DNA of 41,867 nucleotides from assembly GCF_001194135.2 (NCBI RefSeq), contig NC_069002.1, positions 33,714,943 through 33,756,809 of the forward strand, given 5' to 3'. Shown here piece after piece: positions 23,588 through 35,863 of the stretch. The first letter of the stretch is position 1; each line of letters starts with the position of its first letter. Below the pieces are notes generated by a model. That model was not told the DNA's origin. It saw nothing but the letters and a program-made list of their open reading frames with translations, and did no database searches. Source of the stretch: Octopus bimaculoides. Its lineage: Eukaryota. The translations under genes were made by a program, and so were the position numbers.

Positions 23588-23735
23588 GTATATATATATA
23601 TATATACATGGGGTGTCTCCCTACGCGGTGGTTTGTTTTTTTAGTCCTTGCAAATTTGTTGTTCGTTCTAAATTGGCCGATAGAATAAGTAGCAGATAAA
23701 AAAAATATATGTAAGTTCTGACACTGATTTTTTTC
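23288..23735 (+). mobile_element. SINE family A, old diverged copy
   Basis: Head gctgtgtggtaagaagttt, core ccgaatccttgttagtggatgt...gaaagaagacc, internal CA/TA tract, tail ccgatagaataagta. Confidence 0.75.
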
Positions 23736-24260
23736 TGCGAAATCCTAAATTCATTGTCCCAGCACAACCGTCGTTTGGAACCTGTTACAAGTGAAATGTG
23801 AAAACCAAAATTATTCGCTTCAAAAGTATTTAGAATCCGAGAATGCAGAGTATATAATCTCGAAAATTCGAATTACTTTAATCTCATTAGGATCTAATAC
23901 ATACGACAGCTAATATAATTTTAGCTGTTAACATTTCAGGAGTGTCGTCCCTGAATGATTTGATTGCAATTAATCATTAACCTAATGAGGTTTTCACTCT
24001 TATTATATTTCTTAGTCACTTAATTCATCTATGTTAAGTCAAAATTTTCAATACGTACTTCTTCCAGTTCATGTTCCCTTTTTCCCGTGGATATTATATC
24101 AGAAAATGTAGTTTAAATTATTTCGCCATGACAAATATCATTAATGGAAGTATCTTGTGTCTTACTCACAATTTAATACGTTGACTTCCCCATTTGCTCA
24201 CCTACAAACGCGTTCCCGCGCACACACATATGCTTTTATAAGTATACTCTTTGACTCCCT

Positions 24261-24470
24261 TTACTCTTTCACTTGTTTCAGTCATTAGACTGCGGCCATG
24301 TTGGAGCACCACCTTTAGTCGAGCAAATCGACCCCATGACTTATTCTTTGTAAGCCTAGTACTTATTCTATCATTCTCCTTTAACGAACCGCTGTGTTAC
24401 GGCGATGTAAACACACCACCGTCGGTTGCCAAGCGATGTTTAGGGAACAAACATATACACACACATACAC
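24261..24470 (-). mobile_element. SINE family A 3' half
   Basis: acttgtttcagtcattagactgcggccatgttggagcaccacctttagtcgagcaaatcgacccc...; ends in CA then (ATT)n/(ACT)n. Confidence 0.92.
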
Positions 24471-24471
24471 A

Positions 24472-24522
<51 letters not shown>

Positions 24523-24568
24523 TACTACTAGTACTACTACTATTCAGGAGACTGCTTGAAATGCCCAC

Positions 24569-24665
24569 GGGCATATGGCGCAGTCGGTAAGAGCACGGTC
24601 TACTAATCCGAATATTCCGAGTTCAATTCCAGGTTGTGATCTGAATGATGATGATGATAATAATC

Positions 24666-24702
<37 letters not shown>

Positions 24703-24860
24703 TAATAACATCATTGAAAAATACCTTAGGAATGACAGCCCATGTTTGAAACTTCCCCAAGACACGTGATGAAGGCTGGACGGTATATCAGCCGAAACGT
24801 TGTGTTAGCAACAATCAAGATGAGGACAAATATCCGCGAAATGTAAGTAATTGTGGACTT
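24569..24860 (+). mobile_element. SINE family D: tRNA-Arg-like head, (GAT/AAT)n linker, hammerhead-like 3' module
   Basis: A box tggcgcagtcgg 24576-24587 and B box gttcaattcc 24621-24630. The head aligns by eye with tRNA-Arg(ACG) (gggc..tggcgca...ctac..atc.gaa.attcc..gttc.a.tcc.gg). Microsatellite about 24645-24710, then about 150 bp of complex tail. Only one copy in this window. Confidence 0.7.
24761..24806 (+). ncRNA. Minimal type I hammerhead ribozyme motif, probably inactive in this copy
   Basis: Stem I gacac/gtgtt; core gUGAUGA (C3 is G) plus an extra A; stem II ggctg/cagcc; GAAA; palindromic ACGU in place of stem III; putative cleavage after GUU at 24801. Confidence 0.6.
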
Positions 24861-25282
24861 TTGCCGAAAAGTATTTACGGATGTAGAACGATTGCGTTTC
24901 TTTATGGCGTTTTGCCTCGAGTTTAAATATATGCAGGCGAGTTGTTGTTGGTCCCTTCACTGGCTACCACAAATGATGCTGTATGACGTATGAGGATGAA
25001 TAGATCACACAAACATCCTGAAGTTCGGCCTAGCTCCCCTAGGTTTGTTTTTTTTGGAGTTTACTAGGGAAGTATATTGAAGATAGCGAGCAAATCCCCC
25101 GATATTATTTCTTTTATGATATCAGCGACCGTGGAAAAGTTAAAGTGAATGGAACACCTCTAAACATGTGCCTATAGATCGGAGTACAGCAGTTATCACA
25201 GTGAGCATGGATCACGAGATTTATTAATTGTTTCTATAAATTTCCCTACATCATTAAGGATGAAGTATCCATATTCTGTTGT

Positions 25283-25522
25283 TCTTTTATTAGTTTCAGT
25301 TATTTGACTGCGGCCATACTGGAGCACCGCCTTTAGTCGAACAAATTGACTCCAGGACTTTTCTTTGTACGCCTAGCACTTATTCTATCGTTTTCTTTTG
25401 CCGAATCGCTAGGCTCCGGGGACACAAACACATCAGCATCGGTTGTCAAGAGTTGGTGGGGGAACAAAAACAGGCACAAACATACACACACGCACATGCA
25501 CACACACACACACACACACATA

Positions 25523-25603
<81 letters not shown>

Positions 25604-26014
25604 CCAGATTTTTTTCATTTTCCTATTTCTTTATTGCCCACAAGGGGCTAAACATAGAGGGCTTAAACAAGGACAGACAAAAAGGTTTAAATCGATTACA
25701 TCGACCCCAGTGAGTAACTGGTACTTAATTTATCGACCTCGAAAGGATGAAAGGCAAAGTCGACCTCGGCGGAATTTGAACTCAGAACGTAACGGCAGAC
25801 GAAATACCGCTAAGCATTTCGCCCGGCATGCTAACGTTTCTGCCAGCTCGCCGCCTCCATTCAGTGTCCGTCAACCAAATTCACTCACAAGGCTTTGGTT
25901 GGCCCAAGGCTATAGTAGAAGACACTTGCCCAGGGTTCCACGCAGTGGGACTGAATCGGTAACCATGTGATTGGTAACCAAGCTTCTTATTACACAGCCC
26001 GCGCTTGCACCTAT
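25283..26014 (-). mobile_element. SINE family A, full length, interrupted by a family B insertion
   Basis: Tail at 25283, body to the (CA)n ending 25600, resumes at 25860 (ttcagtgtccgtcaaccaaattcactcacaaggctttgg) through the head ...tacacagcc...cacctat. Confidence 0.95.
25618..25856 (-). mobile_element. SINE family B, full length and low divergence, tail type 1
   Basis: Minus: aggcggcgagctggcagaaacgttagcatgccgggcgaaatgcttagcgg ... gagttcaaattccgccgaggtcgactttgcctttcatcctttcgaggtcgataaattaagtaccag ... gccccttgtgggcaataaagaaatagg. Confidence 0.95.
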
Positions 26015-26194
26015 TCATATACTTTTTCTATGCAATGTATAATTTCTTCATATTTCTCCTCGCTCATTTTCTGCCGTCATCCGATTTTGCGTAAACGCAA
26101 ACACATTGTAACCTACATTTGTAATGTTCACTTCATTCGACGTCCTTACGGCAAATAAAATAAATCTTCTCTTCCTCCTCCTTACTATCATTGT

Positions 26195-26199
26195 TAGTT

Positions 26200-26245
<46 letters not shown>

Positions 26246-26274
26246 GAGGAGGAGGAGGAGGAGTAGTAGTAGCG

Positions 26275-26317
<43 letters not shown>

Positions 26318-26345
26318 CGGTGGCGACTGTGGTGGTGGTAGTGGT
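26195..26345. repeat. (TAG)n-(GGA)n-(TAG)n-(GGT)n compound microsatellite
   Basis: Direct reading. Confidence 0.95.
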
Positions 26346-27107
26346 GGTTATGGTGCAGAAGGTGAGTAGAATATCGATTATGGTAATGAGGATGAAGAGA
26401 TAATCTTCGTGGTAAGACAGGAATCCCCAAGCTACCACATATTCCATTATGGATAAGATGTATTGCTTTCAACATATTAGAAAGGTGTCAGATTGGTTGA
26501 TGCAGTTAACAACTCTCACTTGCATCAGATTCATGCGTCTCTCAAAAATAAAATGAACGGCTCAAACTTCAACGCGAAACGTTTTACTTACTCTGCATGG
26601 ACAAAGACGAGATGAAAATTAAACGGGAGCAAAGCACAAATGTGTTAGTTATAAGAAAACAGTGATAAACTTCGAATTTCCTTTCTTTAGATGTTAAAGC
26701 TTCTGGTACAATACTATCATTGACATACAGTGCATTTTTAAAAATTTTTTCAGTTGGTTCTAAAATTGATGAAAATTTAATGAAAAGCACAAGAAAGACG
26801 TATCGGTGATAATAAATTCTCCCAACTTTTGGATAAATTTCTGATTCTATTTGAATACGAGTATCTTACCCAAAATAATAGAGAGAAACTTTAAACAATA
26901 TGTAAGCTAATACAATATCTTCTTTTCTTTATTGATAAATTTCGATCATGTCATGCCTACCTTCTTACCTGTAGTGTATACATGTGTATATTTTCGTCTG
27001 TTTCCTTTCTAACTTATATATAATTTCCTTTTTCTTATCGTTACGTTTGTGTTAGGAACAGAAATTAATGTGGAATTCTGGTTGAAAGTGTTAATTTAGA
27101 CCTTGAC

Positions 27108-27417
27108 TTGTTGCTAACAAGCTTACGTCCCAACCATACGGTTCCAGGTTCACTCCCACTGCGTGTCTCCGTGGTCCGGTATCTTCGACTCTAGCTTTGG
27201 GTCGACCAGCGGACCAAAGACTTTTGAGTCGATTTGGTAGATGAAAACTGAAACGAGGCCCATCGTGTATGTATAGTAACACACATGCACACACATCTAT
27301 GTATATATGTATGTATGTACCTATCTATCTATCTCAATATATATGTGTGTGTGATTGTATGTTTGTGCGTGTTTCTGTTTGTGTGTGTGTTTGTGTGTGT
27401 GTCTGTGTATGTATGTG

Positions 27418-27455
<38 letters not shown>

Positions 27456-27642
27456 AGTTTGTCGCTCCACTATCATTTAGCAACTCCTGTTGATATGTTT
27501 ACATCCATGTATGTTAAGCAATTCGGCAAAAGTGTCTGATAAAATAAATACTAGGCTTAAAAAGAATACATCCCGGTGTCACTTTTTTCGACCAAACCCC
27601 TTTAAGGGTGGGTTCTAGCACAGCTGCAGCCAAATTACTGAG
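27108..27642 (+). mobile_element. SINE family A, full length, diverged
   Basis: ggttccaggttcactcccactgcgtg head, gatttggtagatgaaaactgaaa core, TA/GT tract, ttcggcaaaag...tactaggcttaaaaagaata...ctagcacagctgcagccaaattactga tail. Confidence 0.85.
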
Positions 27643-27995
27643 GAGGTAAGAAAAAAATGGAATAAAAGAATCACGCGAAATAAGATGTCTGTATCATGGC
27701 GGTAGGATAAGTTTCACGTGGGTTAGCATACAAACCTACATGCAAGTGTATCCGAACACCCAGTGCACAGCAAAGGAAATTCACAATATGTTATATTAAA
27801 TATAAAGTTTAACTCTAGCGATTTAAACAAATTATAATAGAAATTCAACAATATTGACAAAAAATAATTAAATATATAATGAAATAACATCACTTAATGT
27901 CTCCTCGAAGGAAGCCATTAATTTCGTGGTCAAAATGAATTGTTGCAACCTTCAAGAGAAACATTAACGCTAATTGCCGTAACTGATGGTATTGC

Positions 27996-28126
<131 letters not shown>

Positions 28127-29084
28127 GCATCAACAAGGCTGTTACAGAATGAGACCATACATCAAGTAATTAAACTATAAAAATTTAGTTTTGTCATGCA
28201 TCGAATTTTCATTAGGGAAACTAATACGATTAAATTATAATCAGAGTTTGAAAATATTGTTAACATGTCTATAGCATGTCATTAAAAGTAGGTTTACAAA
28301 TTAATACAGTTAACATTTAATTAGTTTTGATTTTCTAAAGCATCTGCTAAGAGTCTTCGCCGATGACTGCAATATAATAAAACTCACTGAAATCAAACTA
28401 ACTTTTGTCGCAAAATTTCAAAAAGAACAAAACTCAAATTAATCTATCAGTTGCACAATTACATTGATTTGTCTTCTTTGTTTGTTTGTTTGTTTTTTTT
28501 TTACTGAAATACTATTGGACAATCAATATCTGTTTGTACATCGAATATTATGCTATCGAACAGTCTGGCAAATATTCAACCAAGAATTTAAGTTTCTCTC
28601 AATTTTTTCTTTATTTATTTAGTTATATATTCATTCATTTTGGTTTTTGTTTTATATAGTTTGCTTGATAAACTCATCTCTTTACACTAGGCAAAATGTC
28701 ACACAGTGCTGCAATAAATGAGTGCTTTGTAGTAAGTAATCACGTGAGCTTTCTTATTCATTCTTTACATTTAAATATCATTAGTATTGATATTGGAATC
28801 ATTATTGTTACACATATAGCCATTTATTGTTACTATAAGTCAGCTAGACTGAATGTATATTTACACGAAATGATTTGGGATCGTTACATGTAATTAATGA
28901 AGATGTTGTTGTCGTTGTTATGGTAACTCTAATTCGATCCTTATAGAGAAGGTACAAAATCACATCCGTTCTGTCAGGCACTAGTGAATTTCACTTTATT
29001 TTCAGATCTATCTGCTTATTGGGAAAATAAACTTTGTTAGTGAATATAATAATACTTTTATCATCTTTTATCTGGTTCAACACT

Positions 29085-29265
29085 TATAGTGTGGCCAAAC
29101 TGGGACACCATCTTGATGAATTTTTACTGAAATGAATCGACCCAAGTAATTGTTTGTTTAAGCCTGGTATTTAGTATTTATTCTATCGGTTTCTTTGGCC
29201 GAACCGCTCAGTTAACTTAGTTAATAACCAACACTAGTCATTAAGCAATGGTGGCGGACAAAGAT
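29085..29265 (-). mobile_element. SINE family A 3' fragment, diverged
   Basis: gtggccaaactgggacacc ... aatcgacccaag ... taagcctggta ... ttattctatcggtttctttggccgaaccgct. Confidence 0.8.
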
Positions 29266-31539
29266 GCTGTCAAATGATGTAAATAAGGTATCGGATAATA
29301 ATCCAGAACTGTAATGGCTTTTAAACGAAGAAAATCACCACTGGCTCACAACTCCTGTAGACAAAATGCAATGGCGAACACCATTTACTACGGGACGAGT
29401 TATCCCTAAGTCAATCATGTGACGAAACTTATCCTCAGCAACTCTGAGTTTTCTGGAGTAAGACGCCGAGGGGCGGACACCGCAAGAGGATCCTTAGTGA
29501 GAATAGGATGTGTTCCAGAGTACGTTGGTGATTTATTTTGAAAAACAGTTCAGGTCAACTCTGGAAATTTTTATAGCAGCTCATGAAAAACATTCGTAAG
29601 TGATGAAATAAAAAATAAAGGCTAACAGTAACAATTCTTGAAGACGCACCTTGATTAGAAAGAAGAATTTCTACATCTCTTAGTCTCTTATTCTTTAAAT
29701 CAACTATTAAATGTAAATGAAGCAAAATGTCAGCACCACGAATGCGGTATGCCAGATCAGCAATAATAATTACTCATTTAAGGTTCATCTCTAAAGTGAA
29801 CAACTTTTCTCCGTAGGCGAGAGATGACGAATGATTAACAGCCTGTAAAGAAATAGTAGCTGCTGCCAGAAAAGAGTAATAAAACTTGCAGGCCAGACAC
29901 TACACGCATCACCAATATCTACTAATAACCTTTCTTTCGAGTTGGTGTCGTGAATGAAGAAGACGCAACTTTTAAATGGCTTATCGAGGAATGCAACCGC
30001 TGTTAATTACTGGGAATTGCGTTTTCCTGTTCCTGAACTTAAGAAGGAAAAATACATGGGGATATACATTTATGAGCATGAGTTCCAAATTTACGATGAC
30101 ACCAACGATATTGTTGTGAATCTCTACTAGACAAACGACGATTACGAGACGACGAACGACTTCGTTGCTTTGAGCGATGAGAAAAAGCAGGAGATAGCAA
30201 ACGGGAGACTTGATCAATGAAATTCTGAATCTTGTTATCAAATTCCTTCTGGATAGCTCTGCAGATAACTATGAATAATCAACACGCCATAACTACGTTT
30301 CCCACACGATGTCGATGACGTTATCAAAAAGACTCTGGAGGAGCAGTAAGAGGTAAAGATATGTACATCTGTCGTCTCGCAGTTGATGGCGTGTAAGCTG
30401 TAAAAACAGCTAAAGCAGTTTGGAAAAAGAGTTTTCTGACTAGAAATTTTTTTTTATAGTATGCCAGATAATGGTATTATAGCATGTAGACCAGAACGTA
30501 TTGGAAAATGTTATCCGTTTTGCAGTTTAAAAAAATATTTAAGACCTTTATATACGTCACTAAAGTGGTAGCACTTTTGGCTCTGCTGTAGGCAATATGT
30601 GGGTCCGGCTTTGGCAAACGCAAGGGGCACGCTGGGCACACATACTCTAGCTACGCTAGTGCAAGCAGGTGATGTTATCCACGAGAGCAATTAAATTCAA
30701 ACTCAGAGTACACTGCACTACTCTGTATATCCTACAACTGTAATTCAATAAATTACATTTTATTATCCAACTAATTCTAACTTTAGGTTTTCCAATGAAC
30801 AAATGAGGGAGCCTGTATGGGGATGCTGAGTGTTCTAGAAGTAGCAGCAAACTTACTCTCATATGACACGCTATACGATTAAGTGAGAGAAAAATATATT
30901 CATACATATTCACTATACAGGCAACAGACCTATGCTTGAGGTATTTTTAACCATAAATCTATTTATCAAATATGACTTAGAGCTAACAAGCTATGGCAAC
31001 GTAGAAGTAGGAACTAAATCTAATTTAAATTACACTACAGCGTATCGTTTAAATAAGGGGAAGATATAAATTTATGAAATATGATATGATCCTAAATGCA
31101 GTAGAAATTATTTTCATAGTTGAACGGATTTGATGATAGTTTTAATAAAATAAGACAAGAAGTTCCAAAATGGTGTCTAACTCAACGAAATGAAACTTCA
31201 GCGTTAAAGGTTATTGACTAAAATTTGCATGAAAAAAGCTTAAGATGGTTAATACACGCTTTTCGGTGTTGGGCGATGTGACAGGAGTGGAAATATGATG
31301 TGCCCACTCAAGGAATTATTAAAAGTATTGGGGCAGAGAAACAAATTACGGTAGATGATGAAAAAGAGAACAGATATAATCATTATGATGTAATGAATTT
31401 TTATGAGTTTCTTTCCCGATAAGGCTGGTTAGTGTTCATTTATGAAATCATTTTTGATTATTATGTGGGTAGCAATGTTACCTTTCCAAATATGAAAAAC
31501 GTTCCACACTGCATCTTATTTTAACCACACTAATAAAAT

Positions 31540-31760
31540 ATTCTTTTCTACTCTAGGCATATGGCTCGAAATATTTGATGAGGGCGGGGGGCAGTCGATT
31601 AGATCGTGTCCACTACAGAACTGGTATTTAATTTATCGACCCCGAAAGGATGAAAGGCAAAGTTAACCTCGGCCGAATTTGGACTCAGAACGTAAAGACA
31701 GACGAAATACCGCCAAGAATTTAGCTGGGCGTGCTAACGTTTCTGCCTGCTCCCCGCCTT
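31540..31760 (-). mobile_element. SINE family B, full length, tail type 2
   Basis: aatttatcgaccccgaaaggatgaaaggcaaagttaacctcggccgaatttggactcagaacgtaaagacagacgaaataccgc; tail cttttctactctaggca. Confidence 0.92.
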
Positions 31761-31930
31761 AAGCGTATATGTATTGTATTCCGGAATGGTCATATGCCCC
31801 TCATATACTTCAAATATATGTGTGTGCGTGTGTGTGTGTGTGTGTGTCTGTGTGTGTGTGTGTGTGTATGTATGTGTGCATGCATTTATGTTAATATGTA
31901 TAAATGTATACACATTTATATGTATATTAT

Positions 31931-32080
31931 CCGAGTGTGAGCTGAAAAGTTCTTGGTTTTAAAGGTGTCGCGAAATACTTAGTTGAAGACCCAACCTTCC
32001 CAGTTCATTTACAGTGCCTAGAAAAACAGAAGGACCGCTGTAACAAATGTGTGACCCTGAAAGAACAACATGATAATTAA
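31931..32080 (+). mobile_element. Probable mariner-derived deletion fragment or MITE
   Basis: TIR-like cgagtgtgagctgaaaagttc next to TA-rich sequence, followed by QKDRCNKCVTLKEQHDN*, resembling a mariner C-terminus (RW.KC...G.Y.E*). No right TIR found. Confidence 0.45.
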
Positions 32081-32988
32081 CTAACCGTCCATTTTACCTG
32101 GGCAGTTGGGATTTTTGAATGAGTTTTTTCGAAGGTAACATCGTCATTCTTAGTATAGCCTCAAAAGTCTTTGCCGTTTTCAAAAACGAAAAAAAAAAAA
32201 AATGTTTAAACTTTATGAGTCTTTATATCTATGGAAACTTCGAATACACCACGAAATTTAGGACAACAGATAAAAATATATTTAGAATATTTCTGTCATT
32301 TCGAAACCTTTGCAGAAACAAAAACATCTTAAGTTAAGAATAATGAATAAAGTTTATAGAATTTATATCAATTCATCAAATATATACACAAGGGCAGACA
32401 TACATACATACAAATTACATGCACACACACACACACACATACACATACACACACGCACACNNNNNNNNNNNNNNNNNNNNNNNNNNNNNNNNNNNNNNNN
32501 NNNNNNNNNNNNNNNNNNNNNNNNNNNNNNNNNNNNNNNNNNNNNNNNNNNNNNNNNNNNNNNNNNNNNNNNNNNNNNNNNNNNNNNNNNNNNNNNNNNN
32601 NNNNNNNNNNNNNNNNNNNNNNNNNNNNNNNNNNNNNNNNNNNNNNNNNNNNNNNNNNNNNNNNNNNNNNNNNNNNNNNNNNNNNNNNNNNNNNNNNNNN
32701 NNNNNNNNNNNNNNNNNNNNNNNNNNNNNNNNNNNNNNNNNNNNNNNNNNNNNNNNNNNNNNNNNNNNNNNNNNNNNNNNNNNNNNNNNNNNNNNNNNNN
32801 NNNNNNNNNNNNNNNNNNNNNNNNNNNNNNNNNNNNNNNNNNNNNNNNNNNNNNNNNNNNNNNNNNNNNNNNNNNNNNNNNNNNNNNNNNNNNNNNNNNN
32901 NNNNNNNNNNNNNNNNNNNNNNNNNNNNNNNNNNNNNNNNNNNNNNNNNNNNNNNNNNNNNNNNNNNNNGTATGAATGCGTGTGTATT

Positions 32989-33025
<37 letters not shown>

Positions 33026-33330
33026 ATGTGTGTGTGCGTGTGTATTACTGGTGTATTTATACATGTATATTCCTATATATATATGCTTGTATTTCATTGG
33101 TGTGTGAGAGAGAAAAAACAAACGTTGCAAACATGACTTTAACTTAGCGCGAAATCAACGTTGGCTTGATGAGATGCTGGGCTTATGATAAACATCATGA
33201 AGTAGAAAACAGCATGAATATCGTTAGCACCACATCCAACACCTGTACTATCAACAATGAACAACAACGGAGAACAAAGATGATGTTCATTAACATACAT
33301 AAAACAAGTCTAAAATGTACGTGTTTATAC

Positions 33331-33395
<65 letters not shown>

Positions 33396-33684
33396 TGTGT
33401 GTGTCTGTGTATGTGTATGTATGTATGTATGTATATACATGCATACATACATACATACATACTTATACATACATACTTATACATACATCATATAAACACA
33501 CACACACACACACACACACACACGTATATATAAAGTTCGTTTTTTGTGCTTTGTTTATGTTTCCGTTCGTTTTTGTCCACGTTTATATTTGACGTCCTGT
33601 ACCCGGATATTCATTTATATATACATGTAGATGTAAGTATGTACATATATGTATGTATATATGCATATGCTCACATATCATTTG

Positions 33685-33735
<51 letters not shown>

Positions 33736-34571
33736 GAGTGAGGGAGATAAGTGACGAATATAGGGCGTGTTTTTTTCTTAATGAAAATGTAAATTTTATT
33801 TATGAACATAATAAATTCATTCTATGGCATACACAAAATAACGCGAAGAACTGTAGGTAAAACTGTAGACGACAAAGGTCATGAATTAGTAAGTTCTTCG
33901 GAAAGAAAAATGACATTCAGCAGAATATTTTTTGTGTGTGTTGGTTGTCAAATTGCTATTGTATTATTAATAAGTCGTCTCTTCTAATAATCATCAATAA
34001 TATAGAAGGTTTAACGTTGGAGACATATACGAAATATCGATGTGTACGTGAATATGTCTCTCGTTCTCTCAATCTTTCTTTCTTTCGGTCTCTCTCACTT
34101 GGTCTCTCCGTCTATCTCTTACTTTTCCAATGTTTATGTATATGTGTTTTATGATGCATGTATATAGACACTTATAGACATGCACATAATTTTTGAGGTA
34201 AATGTAAATATATGTCCATATAATACACGAATATGTAAATCATACACGCCCGTATATGTATTTGTCGGTTATTTTTTTAATTTTTCGGCTACGCTGGGGT
34301 CTACTTTGAAGGGTGTTTACTCCCAAAATTCAATCCCGGTACATATTATTTATGGCGTGTTGATAATCTCTCGGTCATTTTGAAGAACCGTTGAGTTAAA
34401 CCAATGAAACTGGCGGTCAATTGGTGGCGAGGTATTAGGTTGTCAAGAAAGTCTTGCGGATTTTAACCTTTAAATTCAGATGCACATATCTCGTCTCAAA
34501 CAAAACTTTATTAATCGAAATAAACACCATCACAACGCGAAACAAGTTTATTTATGACAGTAGCGAAAAAA

Positions 34572-35035
34572 AAGATGTGATGGATGACACCGGCCACAGG
34601 CTACAAACCAGTCACCATAACCTTCTTTGGTGCAACTTTGGCTTCGGGATGTGCCGTGGAGCTTCGGCGGCGCCCAAACGCTGAATTGAGCGTCGCCGGT
34701 TGTCGTAAAGAATACATTTTTCCTTGCAAGTCACAATCCGGTCGAGAAACGGGTCGTTCTTGTTGCGTAAAAGAAGAGAAGACGACACTTTAAAACAGCA
34801 TTTTTTTTTGGTTGCGTTCATTTCGTGCAGCACCCATTTCTCAAGTATTTTTGCTTGTCCTATCTCTTTCACGTTACGTCTAATTCAGATGCAAGCTCTC
34901 GAACAGTTGTGCGCTGATTGGTTTCGACTAAGGCTCTTAGTTGATCGTTACCAACATCCGATGGCCGACCACTGCGCTTATCATCTTCAAGACTCTCGTC
35001 ACCGCTACGAAATTTCTTGAACCACCATTGTGCGG
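34572..35035 (-). mobile_element. Mariner relic, cecropia-type (Hsmar1-like), internal fragment
   Basis: QWWFKKFRSGDESLEDDKRSGRPSDVGNDQLRALVE...; KWVLHEM; FKVSSSLLLRNKNDPFLDRIVTCKEKCILYDNRRR; PKPKLHQ. First catalytic D is K; deletions and frameshifts; no TIRs seen. Confidence 0.95.
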
Positions 35036-35568
35036 GTGAGGGAATCTGTGCTAAGGACCTTCTTATTAGCAGATTTCAGAGTTATTTTTTCGGCTTCTAC
35101 TCCTGAACCTCTACTTAATTCCTTAAACACTTTCTTATCCTTCAACTCATTCCTCTCCTATTCTTTTCCATTTATCTCACTTGCATCTTTTTCTATTTCT
35201 CCTCATCCCTTTTCTCTTTTCTTCTTCTTTCATACGCTGTTTGTATCACCTATTGTTCACGTGCGAACCGAACGTCGACCTGCGATCTCTTTCAGTTACA
35301 GCCAGCTATTTTTAAGTTTGATGACGTTAGATGAACTCAGCTGTCTCTCATTAACTCACTTCCTTCGACCTCTTCCCCTGCGACGCTGGATCTTCCTCTC
35401 TTCACGGCCAGTTCACTCTAATCATTTTATCGATATTGCTACATAAAACTAATCTGCCGACGCAGAAAAACATTAGCCTCGTTGGAGTCTGTTTGATTCA
35501 CCCTTGCACGCACGCAGGCACGCACGCACGCACACGCGTTTGCACGCACGCACGTTTGCACGCAGAAG

Positions 35569-35599
<31 letters not shown>

Positions 35600-35832
35600 N
35601 NNNNNNNNNNNNNNNNNNNNNNNNNNNNNNNNNNNNNNNNNNNNNNNNNNNNNNNNNNNNNNNNNNNNNNNNNNNNNNNNNNNNNNNNNNNNNNNNNNNN
35701 NNNNNNNNNNNNNNNNNNNNNNNNNNNNNNNNNNNNNNNNNNNNNNNNNNNNNNNNNNNNNNNNNNNNNNNNNNNNNNNNNNNNNNNNNNNNNNNNNNNN
35801 NNNNNNNNNNNNNNNNNNNNNNNNNNNNNNNN

Positions 35833-35863
<31 letters not shown>

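Noticed and set aside
24569-24640. Functional tRNA-Arg gene
   Set aside because: Acceptor and anticodon stems pair poorly, the anticodon reads ACT, and it runs into microsatellite and a repeat tail; treated as a SINE head.
35030-35446. 138-aa F/S/L-rich ORF
   Set aside because: Open because the strand is pyrimidine-rich and stop-poor; no family motif.
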